Below, piece by piece: positions 1 through 16,474 of a DNA stretch of 64,000 nt. The DNA lies in assembly GCF_056746865.1 (NCBI RefSeq), contig NZ_CM163382.1; one strand, 5' to 3'. The translations under genes and the position numbers were made by a program. The stretch's first letter is position 1. Each line of letters begins with the position of its first letter. The notes beneath the pieces were generated by a model, which saw nothing but the letters and a program-made list of their open reading frames with translations, searched no databases and was not told where the DNA came from.

Positions 1-619
1 TGAGTACAGCTGTGACAAAGGGATGCCAGCGTTTTTCAAACAGAATATGAGCGATCCCGGCTCGGCGCGGCGGTAAGGTCGCGACTTTGAGTTTTGGCTT
101 CTTCAACTCTTTCATCACCACCCAGAGCGTTATCACCAGCAAAACGGCAACCAACGGCCACACAGACAAATTAAAAGTATCAGCAATAGAGTTATGTTCA
201 GTAGTGTAGTGCTGCAAGGTTTGATTTAAACCACTGGCGTGTGGAGAACGCATCACCGCACTCATCACCATATAAGTGAAAAGCGCGATCCAACTGCCGA
301 TCAATCCCTCACCCGCGCGATACCAGGTCCCGGTGGCACATCCACCCGCCAGAACAATTCCCAGCCCGAAAAGATACCCACCTATAACAGTACCAAGCCA
401 CGGGAACGCCCCGGCTTCGTAAGTCAGTAGGCCCGCCTGAATTAACGCAAAAACCCCCACGCTTTGTACCGAAATTGCAATCAGCAAGGCGTAAAACATG
501 CGATTATTTTTCGCGATATACATATCGCGAAAACCACCTGTCAGGCAAAAACGCCCACGCTGCATGACAAATCCCAGCAGAGCACCACAAATTAGCCCGC
601 TTAATATCATTGAAAACAT
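1..619 (-). CDS. yeeE: YeeE/YedE-family inner-membrane transporter (thiosulfate uptake), N-terminal part; C-terminus lies beyond the window edge
   Basis: Minus-strand ORF starting at the ATG at 619 (MFSMILSGLICGALLGFVMQRGRFCLTGG...) and running open to position 1; matches the YeeE N-terminus and sits in the expected position next to plaP. Confidence 0.8.
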   Translation of the reverse strand, partial: MFSMILSGLICGALLGFVMQRGRFCLTGGFRDMYIAKNNRMFYALLIAISVQSVGVFALIQAGLLTYEAGAFPWLGTVIGGYLFGLGIVLAGGCATGTWYRAGEGLIGSWIALFTYMVMSAVMRSPHASGLNQTLQHYTTEHNSIADTFNLSVWPLVAVLLVITLWVVMKELKKPKLKVATLPPRRAGIAHILFEKRWHPFVTAVL

Positions 620-797
620 AAATTAATTAACCAGATGAATGTTAATGAGGAAATTATTCATGACTGGTGGAATGCAGACCAATAACCAAATTCTCTAAAT
701 TAGAACAAATGGTTATTAATGAGGATTTCGATAAAAAAGAATAAAAAAACCGGAGCCAAATATTCATTCGACTCCGGTTGATTATTAGAAAAGATGA

Positions 798-2156
798 TTA
801 TGCTACGTCTTCGTACTGCGGAACCGGGTTACGGAAGCTCTTGGTGACGCAAGCCAGGTAAATCAGACCGATAGCAGCCCAGATCAGACCCAGAACCATT
901 GAGCTTTCTTCCAGGTTAACCCACAGCGCACCAACGGTCAGCGCACCACACATCGGCAGGAACAGATACTGGAAGTGATCTTTCAGCGTCTTGTTACGCT
1001 TCTCACGGATCCAGAACTGCGAGATGACCGACAGGTTAACGAAGGTGAACGCCACCAACGCACCAAAGTTGATCAGCGCCGTAGCCATTACCAGGTCGAA
1101 GTTGATTGCCAGCAGGGCAATCGCGCCAACCAGGATGATGTTCATTGCCGGAGTACGCCATTTCGGGTGAACATAACCGAAGAAGCTTTTCGGGAATACG
1201 CCGTCACGACCCATTACGTACATCAGTCGCGCAACGCCTGCGTGCGCCGCCATACCAGACGCCAGTACGGTAATGGTGGAGAAGATCAGCGCACCAACCT
1301 GGAATGCTTTACCTGCAACATACAGCATGATTTCAGGCTGTGACGCATCCGGATCTTTAAAGCGAGAGATATCCGGGAAGTACAGCTGCAGGAAGTAAGT
1401 TGCAAAGATGAAGATCATGCCGCCAATCAGCGCGGTCAGGAAAATCGCACGCGGGATCACGCGCTCTGCATCTTTGGTTTCTTCCGACAGGTTGCTGATG
1501 CCGTCAAAGCCGGTAAAGGAGAAGCACAGGATTGTCGCCCCGGTAATCATCGGGATAACATGCGCATCGCCAGACCAGAACGGACGAGTGCTCGCCAGCG
1601 TACCAGCGCCTTCACCTTCAAATACGCCATAAACAACCATGCCCAGAATCACCGCGATCAGCACTACCTGCAACACGACGATTACAGTGTTGAAGTTCGC
1701 TACGGATTTCAGACTACGCAGGTTAAAGGCGGTCATAAAGGCCACCAGCGCCACCACAAACATCCACGATGGGATGGAAGGCACCAGAGCTTCAAAATAG
1801 ATTTTCGCCAGCAGAATGTTGATCATCGGCGCGAACAGATAGTCGAGCAGAGAAGACCAACCCACCATAAAGCCGACAGTCGGGCTAATGGATTTCTGGG
1901 CGTAAGTGTATGCAGAGCCAGCAGAAGGATAGCGGCGAACCAGTTTCCCGTAGCTCAGAGCCGTAAACAGGATCGCAATCAATGCGAACGCATAGGCTGT
2001 CGGCACATGACCATCCGTGAGGCCTGAAACGATACCAAAAGTATCAAACAGCGTCATCGGCTGCATATAGGCAAGACCCATCATTACAACCGGAACTAAC
2101 GTAAGCGTTTTACGCAATTCCACGCGAGAGGTGTTTGGAGTAACGTTATGCGACAT
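798..2156 (-). CDS. plaP: Putrescine importer, APC-family amino acid/polyamine permease
   Basis: ORF-track 454 aa protein; I place the start at [16 protein letters not shown] (ATG at 2156). Multi-pass membrane protein matching PlaP/YeeF. Confidence 0.85.
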   Translation of the reverse strand: MSHNVTPNTSRVELRKTLTLVPVVMMGLAYMQPMTLFDTFGIVSGLTDGHVPTAYAFALIAILFTALSYGKLVRRYPSAGSAYTYAQKSISPTVGFMVGWSSLLDYLFAPMINILLAKIYFEALVPSIPSWMFVVALVAFMTAFNLRSLKSVANFNTVIVVLQVVLIAVILGMVVYGVFEGEGAGTLASTRPFWSGDAHVIPMITGATILCFSFTGFDGISNLSEETKDAERVIPRAIFLTALIGGMIFIFATYFLQLYFPDISRFKDPDASQPEIMLYVAGKAFQVGALIFSTITVLASGMAAHAGVARLMYVMGRDGVFPKSFFGYVHPKWRTPAMNIILVGAIALLAINFDLVMATALINFGALVAFTFVNLSVISQFWIREKRNKTLKDHFQYLFLPMCGALTVGALWVNLEESSMVLGLIWAAIGLIYLACVTKSFRNPVPQYEDVA

Positions 2157-2422
2157 GGTCATTCTCCTTTACGGTGATAACCGTCGCGTAAGCAAAAAAT
2201 TGCCCCATTTTTTTGGATTCCTCAGCGACAACAACTGTCGATTTTTAGTAAATATCTATCCGGTACGAAGCCCGGCCTCTTGGTATGAATGATTGGTTTG
2301 AAGCAAAAAATAACCGACGCTGATGAAACGTCGGTTTTTAGTCATTTTTTGACAGCGGCGCATTGTGCCTAAATGGGGGGGAAATGACAAGAGAATGAGA
2401 GGCTTGTCATAATAATTTTTCT

Positions 2423-3352
2423 TTAAATGGCTGATTTTCCGTCATCAGATTTTGCATAAACACCGGCGATCGCACTATTTGCTAAAATTTCATCCCGCCA
2501 CCAGCCGCTGGCAAGCCCTGCGGTCTGTTCGTTCCAGCCAATCCAGACGGGTTCAAAGAGAGTTTGGGCGACCACTTTCTTCTCGATTAACGCGCCACTA
2601 TCGAGAAAACGTTGTGCCAGATAACGGGGTAAATAGCCGCAGCCGAGGCCGCTAATTTGCAGCTCCAGCTTGGTTTTAAAATCGAAAACGGTAATGGCTT
2701 CTTGTTCGTCGAGAAGTTGTGAGGCCGTAGAAGCGCCTGCCTGCGCAGTATCCCCCACCACAATCGCCCGATATCGCTTAATAATACGACGGTTTAACGG
2801 CTCTTCTTCCAGGGCTAACGGATGATGAGGCGCGACCGCAAAGACTTGTTCCAGATCGCCCAACCGTGAAAAACCAAACTCACTGGAAGATGGTGGCTCA
2901 TGCATCGCGCCAACAATAATATCCGCTCGCCCCTGAGTCAGGGCATCCCAGGAACCACCGAGTACGCCATTGATAAACTTCAGGCGCGTCACGCTATGAT
3001 GTTGATAAAAAGCTTCAATCAGTGGCGCAAGCAGAGAAAAAGGAAACGTGTCGTCCACGCCAATCACCAGCTCGTTTTCCCAGCCTTCATGCAGTTTGAT
3101 CGCCTGCTTTTCCAGTTCTCGCACGGTATGCAGAACTTCCCGCCCTTTCTCTAATAACATTTTTCCGGTACGGGTGAATTTAGCGCGGTGACCGCTACGA
3201 TCAAGCAATTGAATATTAAGGTCGCTTTCCAGCTTGTGAACGGTGTAACTCAGAGCGGACGGCGTCTTATAGAGTTTGGCCGACGCCGCCGCAAAACTGC
3301 CTTCTTTTTCTAAGGCATCGAGGATCATCAACACATCCAGCAGTGGTTTCAT
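2423..3352 (-). CDS. yeeY: LysR-family transcriptional regulator
   Basis: N-terminal helix-turn-helix (MKPLLDVLMILDALEKEGSFAAASAKLYKTPSALSYTVHKLE) with a LysR substrate-binding domain; start trimmed to MKPLL. Confidence 0.8.
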   Translation of the reverse strand: MKPLLDVLMILDALEKEGSFAAASAKLYKTPSALSYTVHKLESDLNIQLLDRSGHRAKFTRTGKMLLEKGREVLHTVRELEKQAIKLHEGWENELVIGVDDTFPFSLLAPLIEAFYQHHSVTRLKFINGVLGGSWDALTQGRADIIVGAMHEPPSSSEFGFSRLGDLEQVFAVAPHHPLALEEEPLNRRIIKRYRAIVVGDTAQAGASTASQLLDEQEAITVFDFKTKLELQISGLGCGYLPRYLAQRFLDSGALIEKKVVAQTLFEPVWIGWNEQTAGLASGWWRDEILANSAIAGVYAKSDDGKSAI

Positions 3353-3397
3353 ACACGCCCCCTTGCAGTGCATGCGGCGTCCTGCTGGCGTGATCGT

Positions 3398-4222
3398 TTA
3401 CTCCAGCGGCATTACCAGCGGATCGGGATACTGGTATTCAAATCCCAGTTCATTACAAATCCGACTGCCATCAATAATCTTACCTTTGCCGCTGTCCAGA
3501 CTATTTCTGAACTGCGGAGGCTCCAGCCCCAGTAAACGGGCCATCTGCGGATAGAAAACATTACGCGCAGGGTGAGCTGGCGCACATATATTATAGATGT
3601 GTCCGCCTTTAGGTGCCTGTAACAACAGAGTGATAGCGCCAATAACATCTTCTAAATGGACTAAATTAACACCATGTTCACCATCAGGCGCGGTTTTTCC
3701 GGCAAAGAAGCGTCCGGGATGACGTCCCGGTCCGACCAGCCCCGCAAGACGCAGAATATCGACCGAAGTACCGGGTAAATTGTGCAGCCAGTCTTCGAGT
3801 TCTTCTAATACTCGTCCACTGTTGGTTACCGGATTACGCGGGGTAGTTTCTTTCACCGTGCCTTGCGCGTCGCCATAGACAGATGTTGAGCTGGTAAAAA
3901 TAATGCGGGGAATACGATGGGCCAGCGCGCTATCCACTAACTCTTGTACCGCTTGTAAATAGAACTCATCGCCGGGGCCGCTACGACGTGCCGGAAGCGT
4001 AATGACCAGCGCATCGACATCCATCAGGGCATCCAGATCGTCAGAATCGCAAACTAACTCAGGCTCCATGCGAAGCAGATAGCTATCAATGCCACTCATT
4101 CGGGCCGCTTCGACACCATCTTGTGTGGTTTTACTCCCGGTGACTTGCCAGCCTCGCGCTGAAAGTGACATCGCCAGCGGCATGCCTAACCACCCTAACC
4201 CGACAATTGCGACCTTTTTCAT
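3398..4222 (-). CDS. yeeZ: NAD(P)-binding Rossmann-fold epimerase/dehydratase-like protein
   Basis: 274 aa ORF with N-terminal GxxGxxG motif (MKKVAIVGLGWLGMPLA); position between yeeY and yoeB. Confidence 0.8.
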   Translation of the reverse strand: MKKVAIVGLGWLGMPLAMSLSARGWQVTGSKTTQDGVEAARMSGIDSYLLRMEPELVCDSDDLDALMDVDALVITLPARRSGPGDEFYLQAVQELVDSALAHRIPRIIFTSSTSVYGDAQGTVKETTPRNPVTNSGRVLEELEDWLHNLPGTSVDILRLAGLVGPGRHPGRFFAGKTAPDGEHGVNLVHLEDVIGAITLLLQAPKGGHIYNICAPAHPARNVFYPQMARLLGLEPPQFRNSLDSGKGKIIDGSRICNELGFEYQYPDPLVMPLE

Positions 4223-4304
4223 CCGTTATCTCCTGATACACCTTAGATCTATAAGGCTACGCTAGCGTATCAAAACTGACAATTCATTCTATGAATGAAT
4301 CTGT

Positions 4305-4559
4305 TCAATAATGATAACGACATGCTGCAATGAGCAGTGAATCGTCGGTAACCGCGTATACCAGACGGTGCTCCTCTGTAATGCGTCGGGACCAGAAACC
4401 TGACAAATTATGTTTCAGGGGTTCTGGCTTCCCCTTACATTCAAATGGCGTTCTGCGGGTATCTTTGATAAGTTCATTGATCTTTTTAACAATTCGCTTA
4501 TCTGTTTCCTGCCAGTACAGATAATCATCCCATGATTCCTCAGACCAGATTAGTTTCAC
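4305..4559 (-). CDS. yoeB: Type II toxin YoeB (ribosome-dependent mRNA interferase)
   Basis: 84 aa ORF ([61 protein letters not shown]...); overlaps the upstream antitoxin gene by 4 nt. Confidence 0.9.
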
Positions 4560-4807
4560 TCAATAATGTCCTTTTCTGTTCCTTTGCCTGATTTCAGGCT
4601 ATCGATTGAGTCCATCAATCTCCGGGCGTTAGCGGGGGAGCGCAGTAGATAAGCCGTCTCTTCCAGCGAGTTGTATTCTTCGAGTGACATCAGAACACAA
4701 GCCTCTCCATTCTGACGAGTAATAAGGATCGGGGCATGATCTTCAACGGCTTTCATCATTGTTGCCGACAAATTCTGACGCGCTTCGCTGTAGCTAATTG
4801 TACGCAT
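4556..4807 (-). CDS. yefM: Type II antitoxin YefM
   Basis: Start placed at [31 protein letters not shown] (ATG at 4807), giving the 83 aa YefM; the track's N-terminal extension is rejected. Confidence 0.9.
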
Positions 4808-4822
4808 GTCAATCTCCTCTTT

Positions 4823-4840
4823 TGTACAGTTCATTGTACA
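4823..4840 (-). promoter_or_regulatory. yefM-yoeB operator palindrome (TGTACA-N6-TGTACA) just upstream of the yefM start
   Basis: Sequence tgtacagttcattgtaca read directly at 4823-4840, immediately 5' of yefM on the minus strand; YefM-YoeB is known to autorepress at TGTACA repeats. Confidence 0.6.
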
Positions 4841-5089
4841 ATGATGGGCGTTAATTAACTATTTATTAATTAGTTTGTAGATCAAGGTATTGTCAGTGAG
4901 ACGAAAATCCAGGCTTCGCTATTTTTGGTGCCGTCAGCTTAGAGGACAGTCCTCTTAGCCCCCTCCTTTCCCCGCTCATTCATTAAACAAATCCATTGCC
5001 ATAAAATATATAAAAAAGCCCTTGCTTTCTAACGTGAAAGTGGTTTAGGTTAAAAGACATCAGTTGAATAAAAATTCACAGAGACTTTT

Positions 5090-5140
5090 ATGACACGCGT
5101 TCAATTTAAACACCACCATCATCACCATCATCCTGACTAG
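5090..5140 (+). CDS. hisL: his operon leader peptide
   Basis: ATG ACA CGC GTT CAA TTT AAA CAC CAC CAT CAT CAC CAT CAT CCT GAC TAG = MTRVQFKHHHHHHHPD, with seven consecutive His codons. Confidence 0.95.
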   Translation: MTRVQFKHHHHHHHPD

Positions 5141-5200
5141 TCTTTCAGGCGATGTGTGCTGGAAGACATTCAGATCTTCCAGTGGTACATGAACGCATGA

Positions 5201-5238
5201 GAAAGCCCCCGGAAGATCACCTTCCGGGGGCTTTTTTA
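5201..5238 (+). terminator. his attenuator (leader Rho-independent terminator)
   Basis: GC-rich inverted repeat agcccccggaag...cttccgggggct followed by a T run (ttttttatt), between hisL and hisG. Confidence 0.85.
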
Positions 5239-5285
5239 TTGCGCGGTTGATAACGGTTCAGACAGGTTTAAAGAGGAATAAGAAA

Positions 5286-6185
5286 ATGACAGACAACACT
5301 CGTTTACGCATAGCTATGCAGAAATCCGGCCGTTTAAGTGATGACTCACGTGAATTGCTGGCGCGCTGTGGCATTAAAATCAATCTTCACACCCAGCGCC
5401 TGATCGCGATGGCAGAAAACATGCCGATTGATATTCTGCGCGTGCGTGACGACGACATTCCCGGTCTGGTAATGGACGGCGTGGTAGACCTTGGGATTAT
5501 CGGCGAAAACGTGCTGGAAGAAGAGCTGCTTAACCGCCGAGCCCAGGGTGAAGATCCGCGCTACTTTACCCTGCGTCGTCTGGATTTCGGCGGCTGCCGA
5601 CTTTCACTGGCAACGCCGGTTGATGAAGCCTGGGATGGCCCACTCTCCTTAAACGGTAAACGTATCGCCACCTCTTATCCTCACCTGCTCAAGCGTTATC
5701 TCGACCAGAAAGGCATCTCTTTTAAATCCTGCTTACTGAACGGTTCTGTTGAAGTCGCCCCGCGTGCCGGACTGGCGGATGCGATTTGCGATCTGGTTTC
5801 CACCGGTGCCACGCTGGAAGCAAACGGCCTGCGCGAAGTCGAAGTTATCTACCGCTCGAAAGCTTGCCTGATCCAACGCGATGGCGAAATGGAAGAATCC
5901 AAACAGCAACTGATCGACAAACTGCTGACCCGTATTCAGGGCGTGATCCAGGCGCGCGAATCAAAATACATCATGATGCACGCACCGACCGAACGTCTGG
6001 ATGAAGTCATCGCCCTGCTGCCAGGTGCCGAACGCCCAACCATTCTGCCGCTGGCGGGTGACCAACAACGCGTAGCGATGCACATGGTCAGTAGCGAAAC
6101 CCTGTTCTGGGAAACGATGGAAAAACTGAAAGCGCTGGGTGCCAGTTCAATCCTGGTCCTGCCGATTGAGAAGATGATGGAGTGA
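5286..6185 (+). CDS. hisG: ATP phosphoribosyltransferase
   Basis: Start trimmed to [20 protein letters not shown] (ATG at 5286), 299 aa; first structural gene after the attenuator. Confidence 0.95.
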
Positions 6186-6190
6186 TCGCC

Positions 6191-8561
<2,371 letters not shown>

Positions 8562-8562
<1 letters not shown>

Positions 8563-9628
8563 TGAGTCAGAAGTATCTTTTTATCGATCGCGATGGAACC
8601 CTGATTAGCGAACCGCCGAGTGATTTTCAGGTGGACCGTTTTGACAAACTCGCCTTTGAACCAGACGTGATCCCGGAACTGCTGAAGCTGCAAAAAGCGG
8701 GCTATAAACTGGTGATGATCACCAACCAGGATGGTCTGGGGACGCAAAGTTTCCCGCAGGCGAATTTCGATGGCCCGCACAACCTGATGATGCAGATCTT
8801 CACCTCGCAAGGCGTGCAGTTTGATGAAGTGCTGATTTGTCCGCACCTGCCCGCAGATGAGTGCGACTGCCGTAAACCGAAAGTAAAACTGGTGGAGCGT
8901 TATCTGGCTGAGCAAGCGATGGATCGTGCCAATAGTTATGTGATTGGCGATCGCGCGACCGACATTCAACTGGCGGAAAACATGGGCATTAATGGTTTAC
9001 GCTACAACCGCGAAACCCTGAACTGGCCGATGATTGGCGAGCAACTCACTAAACGAGACCGTTACGCCCATGTAGTGCGCAACACCAAAGAGACGCAAAT
9101 TGACGTTCAGGTGTGGCTGGATCGCGAAGGTGGCAGCAAGATTAACACCGGCGTTGGCTTCTTTGATCACATGCTGGATCAGATCGCCACCCACGGCGGT
9201 TTCCGTATGGAAATCAACGTCAAAGGCGATCTCTATATCGACGATCACCACACCGTCGAAGATACCGGCCTGGCGCTGGGCGAAGCGTTAAAAATTGCCC
9301 TCGGCGACAAACGCGGTATTTGCCGCTTTGGTTTTGTGCTGCCGATGGACGAATGCCTTGCCCGCTGCGCGCTGGATATCTCTGGTCGCCCGCACCTGGA
9401 ATATAAAGCTGAGTTTACCTACCAGCGCGTGGGCGATCTCAGCACCGAGATGATCGAGCACTTCTTCCGTTCGCTCTCTTACACCATGGGCGTGACGTTG
9501 CACCTGAAAACCAAAGGTAAAAACGATCATCACCGTGTAGAGAGCCTGTTCAAAGCCTTTGGTCGCACCCTGCGCCAGGCCATCCGCGTGGAAGGCGATA
9601 CCCTGCCCTCGTCGAAAGGAGTGCTGTA

Positions 9629-9629
<1 letters not shown>
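8562..9629 (+). CDS. hisB: Bifunctional histidinol-phosphatase / imidazoleglycerol-phosphate dehydratase
   Basis: Start at [15 protein letters not shown] (ATG at 8562), a HAD phosphatase N-terminus followed by the IGPD domain; 355 aa. Confidence 0.95.
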
Positions 9630-11707
<2,078 letters not shown>

Positions 11708-11714
<7 letters not shown>

Positions 11715-12319
11715 CAGAACAACAACGTCGCGAACTGGACTGGGAAAAAACCGACGGACTTATGCCGGTGATTGTGCAACACGCGGTATCTGGCGAAGTG
11801 TTAATGCTGGGCTATATGAACCCGGAAGCCTTAGACAAAACCATCGAAAGCGGCAAAGTCACCTTCTTCTCGCGCACTAAACAGCGACTATGGACCAAAG
11901 GCGAAACGTCGGGCAATTTCCTCAACGTAGTAAATATTGCGCCGGACTGCGACAACGACACGCTACTGGTACTGGCGAATCCTATCGGACCAACCTGCCA
12001 CAAAGGCACCAGCAGCTGCTTCGGCGACACCGCTCACCAATGGCTGTTCCTGTATCAACTGGAACAACTGCTCGCCGAACGCAAATCTGCCGACCCGGAA
12101 ACCTCCTATACCGCCAAACTGTATGCCAGCGGCACCAAACGCATTGCGCAGAAAGTGGGCGAAGAAGGCGTAGAAACCGCACTGGCAGCGACGGTACATG
12201 ACCGCTTTGAGCTGACCAACGAGGCATCTGACTTGATGTATCACCTGCTGGTGTTGTTGCAGGATCAGGATCTGGATTTAACAACGGTGATTGAGAACCT
12301 GCGTAAACGTCATCAGTGA
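11708..12319 (+). CDS. hisI: Bifunctional phosphoribosyl-AMP cyclohydrolase / phosphoribosyl-ATP pyrophosphatase
   Basis: 203 aa ORF ([25 protein letters not shown]...); last gene of the operon. Confidence 0.95.
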
Positions 12320-12329
12320 GTTGCGGGGT

Positions 12330-12403
12330 AAGCGGATGCGATGTTGTCGTCGCATCCGGCAAAAAAAACGGGCAAGGTGTCACCACCCTGCCCATTTTCT
12401 TTA
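12330..12403. terminator. Terminator region between convergent hisI and wzzB, with two hairpins and flanking A/T runs
   Basis: Inverted repeats ggatgcgatg...gtcgcatcc and gggcaaggtg...caccctgccc, flanked by aaaaaaaa on one side and ttttctttaaaa on the other; could terminate both convergent transcripts. Confidence 0.6.
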
Positions 12404-12415
12404 AAACCGAAAAGA

Positions 12416-13396
12416 TTACTTCGCGTTGTAATTACGCAGAGCATTACGCCCCAACACAATCCCCGCGCCAACCATGCCGCCCAGCAGCACCGCCAGAATC
12501 AAGGTGATTGCCTTTTTCGGACTATCGCGACGAATAGGTAACGTCGGTTTCATCACATAACGGTAAGCATGAATATCAAGATCATCAACTTTTAAGCTTT
12601 CGATATCCAGCAGGTTTTGACGTGTCTGATAGTAGTTTGGTGAGAACACCAACGGACGGGTCGCCTCGTGCTTAATCATCGACTCCAGCGCTTCGCTCCC
12701 CAAAAGGAACAACGTATCTTGCGTGATATCTTCGCCAGTCTGTTGAATTTGCGGTTTTGTCACCTGCGCCTGATTCGCATACTGCAACACTTCCTGAATC
12801 TGACGGATACGCAGATCTTTCTGCTCTTGCGCGACTACTTCCTGAGTTCTTAAAGAGTCCCGCAAGTTTTTCCGTCCCAGAGCAATGTTGTCTTTTAGAT
12901 CCTTTTCTAGCTCTTGATTCACTTTATCATCAACTTGCTGAATGTATTGGGCCAACTTCATTTGTGCGCCCTCTGCTGTTTGCCCAACATAAGAAACAGT
13001 CAATGGTAATTGCTGGTTCTTAACAGAAGGTTCGATGGTAAGTTTTTCTGGTTCTTCCTGATTATCCAGCGTTTCTGCTAATGCAGAGAAGGCAGAACTG
13101 AAGCGACCAATTAACGTCTCCTGTAAATCCGATACTTTCGGCGCAGCCTGACCATAGATAACATTCATGGCATTGTTATAGCCAGCAATTTGCCCCACGT
13201 CGGGCTGAGTGATAATTGCTGTTGACGTCCATTTCTCCTTCGCTACTGCCAAATAACCAATAGCCAGGGCAATAGCCACAATGACGGAAATGATGATTGT
13301 CATCTTGCCACGCCACAACTGCACTAGTAAATCAATCAAATCAATCTGTTCCGGGTCATGGTTTTGCCCAGAAACATTATTATTTTCTACTCTCAT
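12416..13396 (-). CDS. wzzB: O-antigen chain-length determinant (polysaccharide co-polymerase, PCP-1)
   Basis: Start trimmed to MRVENNNVSGQNHDPEQIDLIDLL (ATG at 13396), 326 aa; two transmembrane segments flanking a large coiled periplasmic domain. Confidence 0.9.
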   Translation of the reverse strand: MRVENNNVSGQNHDPEQIDLIDLLVQLWRGKMTIIISVIVAIALAIGYLAVAKEKWTSTAIITQPDVGQIAGYNNAMNVIYGQAAPKVSDLQETLIGRFSSAFSALAETLDNQEEPEKLTIEPSVKNQQLPLTVSYVGQTAEGAQMKLAQYIQQVDDKVNQELEKDLKDNIALGRKNLRDSLRTQEVVAQEQKDLRIRQIQEVLQYANQAQVTKPQIQQTGEDITQDTLFLLGSEALESMIKHEATRPLVFSPNYYQTRQNLLDIESLKVDDLDIHAYRYVMKPTLPIRRDSPKKAITLILAVLLGGMVGAGIVLGRNALRNYNAK

Positions 13397-13541
13397 CATT
13401 ACCCTAAGTGACGGAAATTTCCAAGTCCGCATAGTTTAGCGATAATCCTCGTGAATGCTATAGGATAAGTGATAAAAATAATGAATTGTTGCGTAAGTAA
13501 CAAAAGACAATCAGGGCGTAAATAGCCCTGATAACAAGATG

Positions 13542-14717
<1,176 letters not shown>

Positions 14718-14898
14718 TCAGAATTAACTTAACTGTGAATCATGATGTTTTTAGCATCCTGATAAGAGCTAAAAGTTTTAACGCTACGTTGTTCGATGGT
14801 CAACGCAACGAAAAACAATTCAGATTTTCTTTATAAGAATAGCTGATATTTATTAAGTTAATATTAAGCAGTGAAATTTAGTCTATAAGATAATTGGC

Positions 14899-14931
14899 AA
14901 AAAAAAGCCCGGTGCAATATACGCCGGGCCT
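14899..14931 (-). terminator. Rho-independent terminator downstream of gnd
   Basis: On the minus strand: hairpin ggcccggcg...caccgggc followed by tttttttt, located just 3' of the gnd stop. Confidence 0.7.
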
Positions 14932-14956
14932 CAATTTTATTGTTGGTTAAATCAGA

Positions 14957-16363
14957 TTAATCCAGCCATTCAGTATGGAACACACCTTCTTTATCAATGC
15001 GCTTATAAGTATGCGCACCGAAATAGTCACGCTGTGCCTGGATCAGGTTCGCAGGCAGAACAGCGGCACGGTAGCTATCGTAATAGGCAACCGCAGCGGC
15101 GAAGGTCGGAACCGGGATACCGTTCTGTACTGCATATGCGACGACATCACGCAGCGCCTGCTGGTAGTCATCGGCAATTTGCTTGAAGTACGGAGCCAGC
15201 AGCAGGTTAGCGATCTGCGGATTTTCGGCATAAGCATCGGTGATTTTCTGCAGGAACTGCGCACGGATGATGCAGCCAGCACGGAAAATCTTCGCGATTT
15301 CGCCGTAGTTCAGAGCCCAGTTGTATTCTTCAGACGCAGCACGCAGCTGAGAGAAGCCCTGAGCGTAAGAAACGATTTTGCCAAGATACAGCGCACGGCG
15401 AACTTTTTCGATGAACTCAGCCTTGTCGCCTGCTGGCTGTCCTTGCGGGCCAGAGAGAACTTTAGATGCGGCAACACGCTGATCTTTCAGAGAAGAGATA
15501 TAACGTGCAAACACAGACTCGGTAATCAGCGACAGCGGTTCGCCGAGATCTAGCGCACTCTGGCTGGTCCATTTGCCTGTACCTTTGTTTGCTGCTTCAT
15601 CCAAAATCACATCAACCAGGTAGTTACCGTCTTCATCTTTTTTGGTGAAGATATCTTTGGTGATGTCGATCAGGTAGCTGCTTAGTTCACCGTTATTCCA
15701 CTCGGTAAAGGTCTGAGCCAGTTCTTCGTTGGTGAGGCTCAGGCCACCTTTAAGCAGTGAATAGGCTTCAGCAATCAGCTGCATATCGCCGTATTCAATA
15801 CCGTTATGAACCATCTTCACATAGTGACCAGCACCATCGGCACCAATATAGGTAACGCATGGCTCGCCGTCTTCAGCAACGGCGGCGATTTTGGTCAGGA
15901 TCGGCGCAACCAGTTCATAGGCTTCTTTCTGCCCACCAGGCATAATGGAAGGGCCTTTCAGCGCACCTTCTTCACCACCGGAAACACCGGTACCAATGAA
16001 GTTAAAGCCTTCGGCAGAAAGCTCGCGGTTACGACGAATGGTGTCCTGGAAGAAGGTATTACCACCATCAATGATGATGTCACCTTTATCGAGGTATGGC
16101 TTGAGGGAATCAATAGCAGCATCCGTGCCTGCACCTGCTTTCACCATTAACAGGATGCGACGAGGCGTTTCCAGAGATTCAACAAACTCTTTCACCGTAT
16201 AGTAAGGAACCAGTTTCTTGCCTGGATTTTCGGCAATCACTTCTTCCGTCTTTTCACGGGAACGGTTGAAAATAGAGACGGTATAACCACGGCTTTCGAT
16301 GTTGAGCGCAAGGTTGCGTCCCATCACTGCCATACCGACGACGCCGATCTGTTGCTTTGACAT
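14957..16363 (-). CDS. gnd: 6-phosphogluconate dehydrogenase (decarboxylating)
   Basis: 468 aa ORF ([30 protein letters not shown]...). Confidence 0.95.
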   Translation of the reverse strand: MSKQQIGVVGMAVMGRNLALNIESRGYTVSIFNRSREKTEEVIAENPGKKLVPYYTVKEFVESLETPRRILLMVKAGAGTDAAIDSLKPYLDKGDIIIDGGNTFFQDTIRRNRELSAEGFNFIGTGVSGGEEGALKGPSIMPGGQKEAYELVAPILTKIAAVAEDGEPCVTYIGADGAGHYVKMVHNGIEYGDMQLIAEAYSLLKGGLSLTNEELAQTFTEWNNGELSSYLIDITKDIFTKKDEDGNYLVDVILDEAANKGTGKWTSQSALDLGEPLSLITESVFARYISSLKDQRVAASKVLSGPQGQPAGDKAEFIEKVRRALYLGKIVSYAQGFSQLRAASEEYNWALNYGEIAKIFRAGCIIRAQFLQKITDAYAENPQIANLLLAPYFKQIADDYQQALRDVVAYAVQNGIPVPTFAAAVAYYDSYRAAVLPANLIQAQRDYFGAHTYKRIDKEGVFHTEWLD

Positions 16364-16474
16364 TGTTTACTCCTGTCAGGGGTGGTCACCGCGGGGTTGC
16401 GCGGCTTGAAGAAGCTAAGATGGTAACCCAGCATGTATAGAATAAGATAGAAGAATAAACGGTGGTATATCGCT

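Noticed and set aside
239-430. 63 aa plus-strand ORF inside yeeE
   Set aside because: Antisense shadow ORF within the YeeE coding region; no ribosome-binding site context.
975-2027. Plus-strand ORFs of 74-155 aa inside plaP (975..1343, 1408..1632, 1560..2027)
   Set aside because: They lie antisense within a well-supported membrane transporter gene and have low-complexity, Arg/His-rich translations typical of shadow frames.
5247-5285. N-terminal extensions in the ORF track (hisG from 5247; similarly hisD, hisB, hisA, wzzB, fnlA, wcaK, wcaD, cpsG, wzc, yegH, udk, galF, yeeY, yefM)
   Set aside because: The track takes the most upstream in-frame start, including GTG and TTG; the recognised N-termini begin at internal ATG codons, so starts were trimmed.
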